DNA of 64,000 bases from Bacillota bacterium (GTDB lineage Bacteria > Bacillota > Limnochordia > DTU087): the NCBI GenBank assembly GCA_012735435.1, contig JAAYHH010000011.1, positions 14,141 through 78,140 on the forward strand, in the 5' to 3' direction. Below are positions 63,253 to 64,000 of the stretch, in pieces; positions within the stretch are counted from its first letter, which is position 1, and every line of letters starts with the position of its first letter. The notes under the pieces are model-generated. The model had not been told where the DNA came from. It did no database searches and worked only from the letters and a program-made list of their open reading frames with translations. Both the position numbers and the translations under genes were made by a program.

Positions 63253-64000
63253 CTAAACGCCCAGCATCCTAAACAGGTACTCGCGACCTTCAGCGTCTGC
63301 CTCCAGTATATCTTCAAGGTCGGGTTTCATTACCCCTTGGTGCTGTTCCAAAGCTGCTTCGATCAGACGGGGAATATCGGTAAAACCGATCCGCCCCTGC
63401 ATAAAGGCCTGCACCGCCACCTCGTTGGCAGCGTTTAACACTGTGGGAAAGGTACCTCCTGCAGCCAACGCTTCATAGGCCAAGGGGAGACAGGGAAATC
63501 GCTCAGCATCGGGAGCCTCAAAGTCTAGCCGGCCCACTTCGGTCAAGGAAAGTCTTTCCACCGGACTGCTCAGCCTCTCCGGGAATGTCAGAGCGTACTG
63601 GATAGGCAGCCGCATATCGGCAACTCCCAGCTGAGCTATGACGCTTCCGTCACTGAGCTCAACTAATGAATGGACGATGCTTTGGGGATGGATCACCACC
63701 TCAATGCGGTCCGGCGGCACTTGGAACAGCCAGTGGGCTTCAATGACCTCCAAACCCTTGTTCATGAGGGTGGCAGAATCGATGGTGATTTTCCCGCCCA
63801 TGTTCCAGGTGGGATGGGCCAGGGCTTCTTCAACGGTAACTCGCTCCAGCTCATCCTTGGTACTCTCTCGGAAAGGACCTCCGGAGGCAGTTAGAATTAC
63901 TTTATGCAAATCCCGGTCCCCTACACCCTGCAGGCACTGGAAGATGGCGCTGTGTTCGCTGTCGACTGGAAGGAGCCGAACATTGTGCTCTCTGACTGCA
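63253..64000 (-). CDS. dxr: 1-deoxy-D-xylulose 5-phosphate reductoisomerase, C-terminal ~250 codons (5' end beyond the right edge)
   Basis: The frame stays open to position 64000 and reads ...[19 protein letters not shown]...[10 protein letters not shown]...[13 protein letters not shown]. Confidence 0.95.
   Translation of the reverse strand, partial: AVREHNVRLLPVDSEHSAIFQCLQGVGDRDLHKVILTASGGPFRESTKDELERVTVEEALAHPTWNMGGKITIDSATLMNKGLEVIEAHWLFQVPPDRIEVVIHPQSIVHSLVELSDGSVIAQLGVADMRLPIQYALTFPERLSSPVERLSLTEVGRLDFEAPDAERFPCLPLAYEALAAGGTFPTVLNAANEVAVQAFMQGRIGFTDIPRLIEAALEQHQGVMKPDLEDILEADAEGREYLFRMLGV

Overview
This window looks like core chromosome from an endospore-forming Firmicute (Clostridia-like). 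Gene order parallels several Bacillus blocks as I recall them: lexA/yneA; ynbB...spoVK-hfq-miaA-mutL-mutS; miaB; phoU-pstBAC; sigF-spoIIAB-spoIIAA-dacF; and pnp-rpsO-ribF-truB-rbfA-infB-ylxQ-ylxR-nusA-rimP-polC-proS-ispG-rseP-dxr. I call about 65 protein genes. All but three (lexA, a 56-codon gene and an alpha/beta-type SASP) are on the minus strand. I saw no rRNA, tRNA, CRISPR array, transposon or prophage block, and most of the window is ordinary housekeeping. Five things stand out. (1) A five-gene minus-strand unit encodes exbB-exbD-tonB, a 677-aa exported multidomain protein, and an SLH/long coiled-coil/tail-anchored protein with Omp-alpha-like architecture. There is no TonB-dependent receptor nearby. 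The order mirrors tolQ-tolR-tolA-tolB-pal, and the upstream region carries two perfect Spo0A-box heptamers and a sigma-H-like promoter. This is my best candidate for an undescribed envelope system. (2) The PolC-type replicase has its 3'-5' exonuclease domain cleanly absent from the PHP domain. (3) NusA carries a roughly 230-aa acidic tail. (4) A translationally coupled trio (small GTPase, Asp-motif membrane protein, Cys-motif membrane protein) sits next to spoVK. (5) An SOS module has three LexA boxes with a tyrosine recombinase downstream of the yneA-like gene. All calls come from reading the supplied translations and the DNA by eye. No searches, alignments or folding programs were run. Many start codons were re-chosen from Shine-Dalgarno context and remain provisional.
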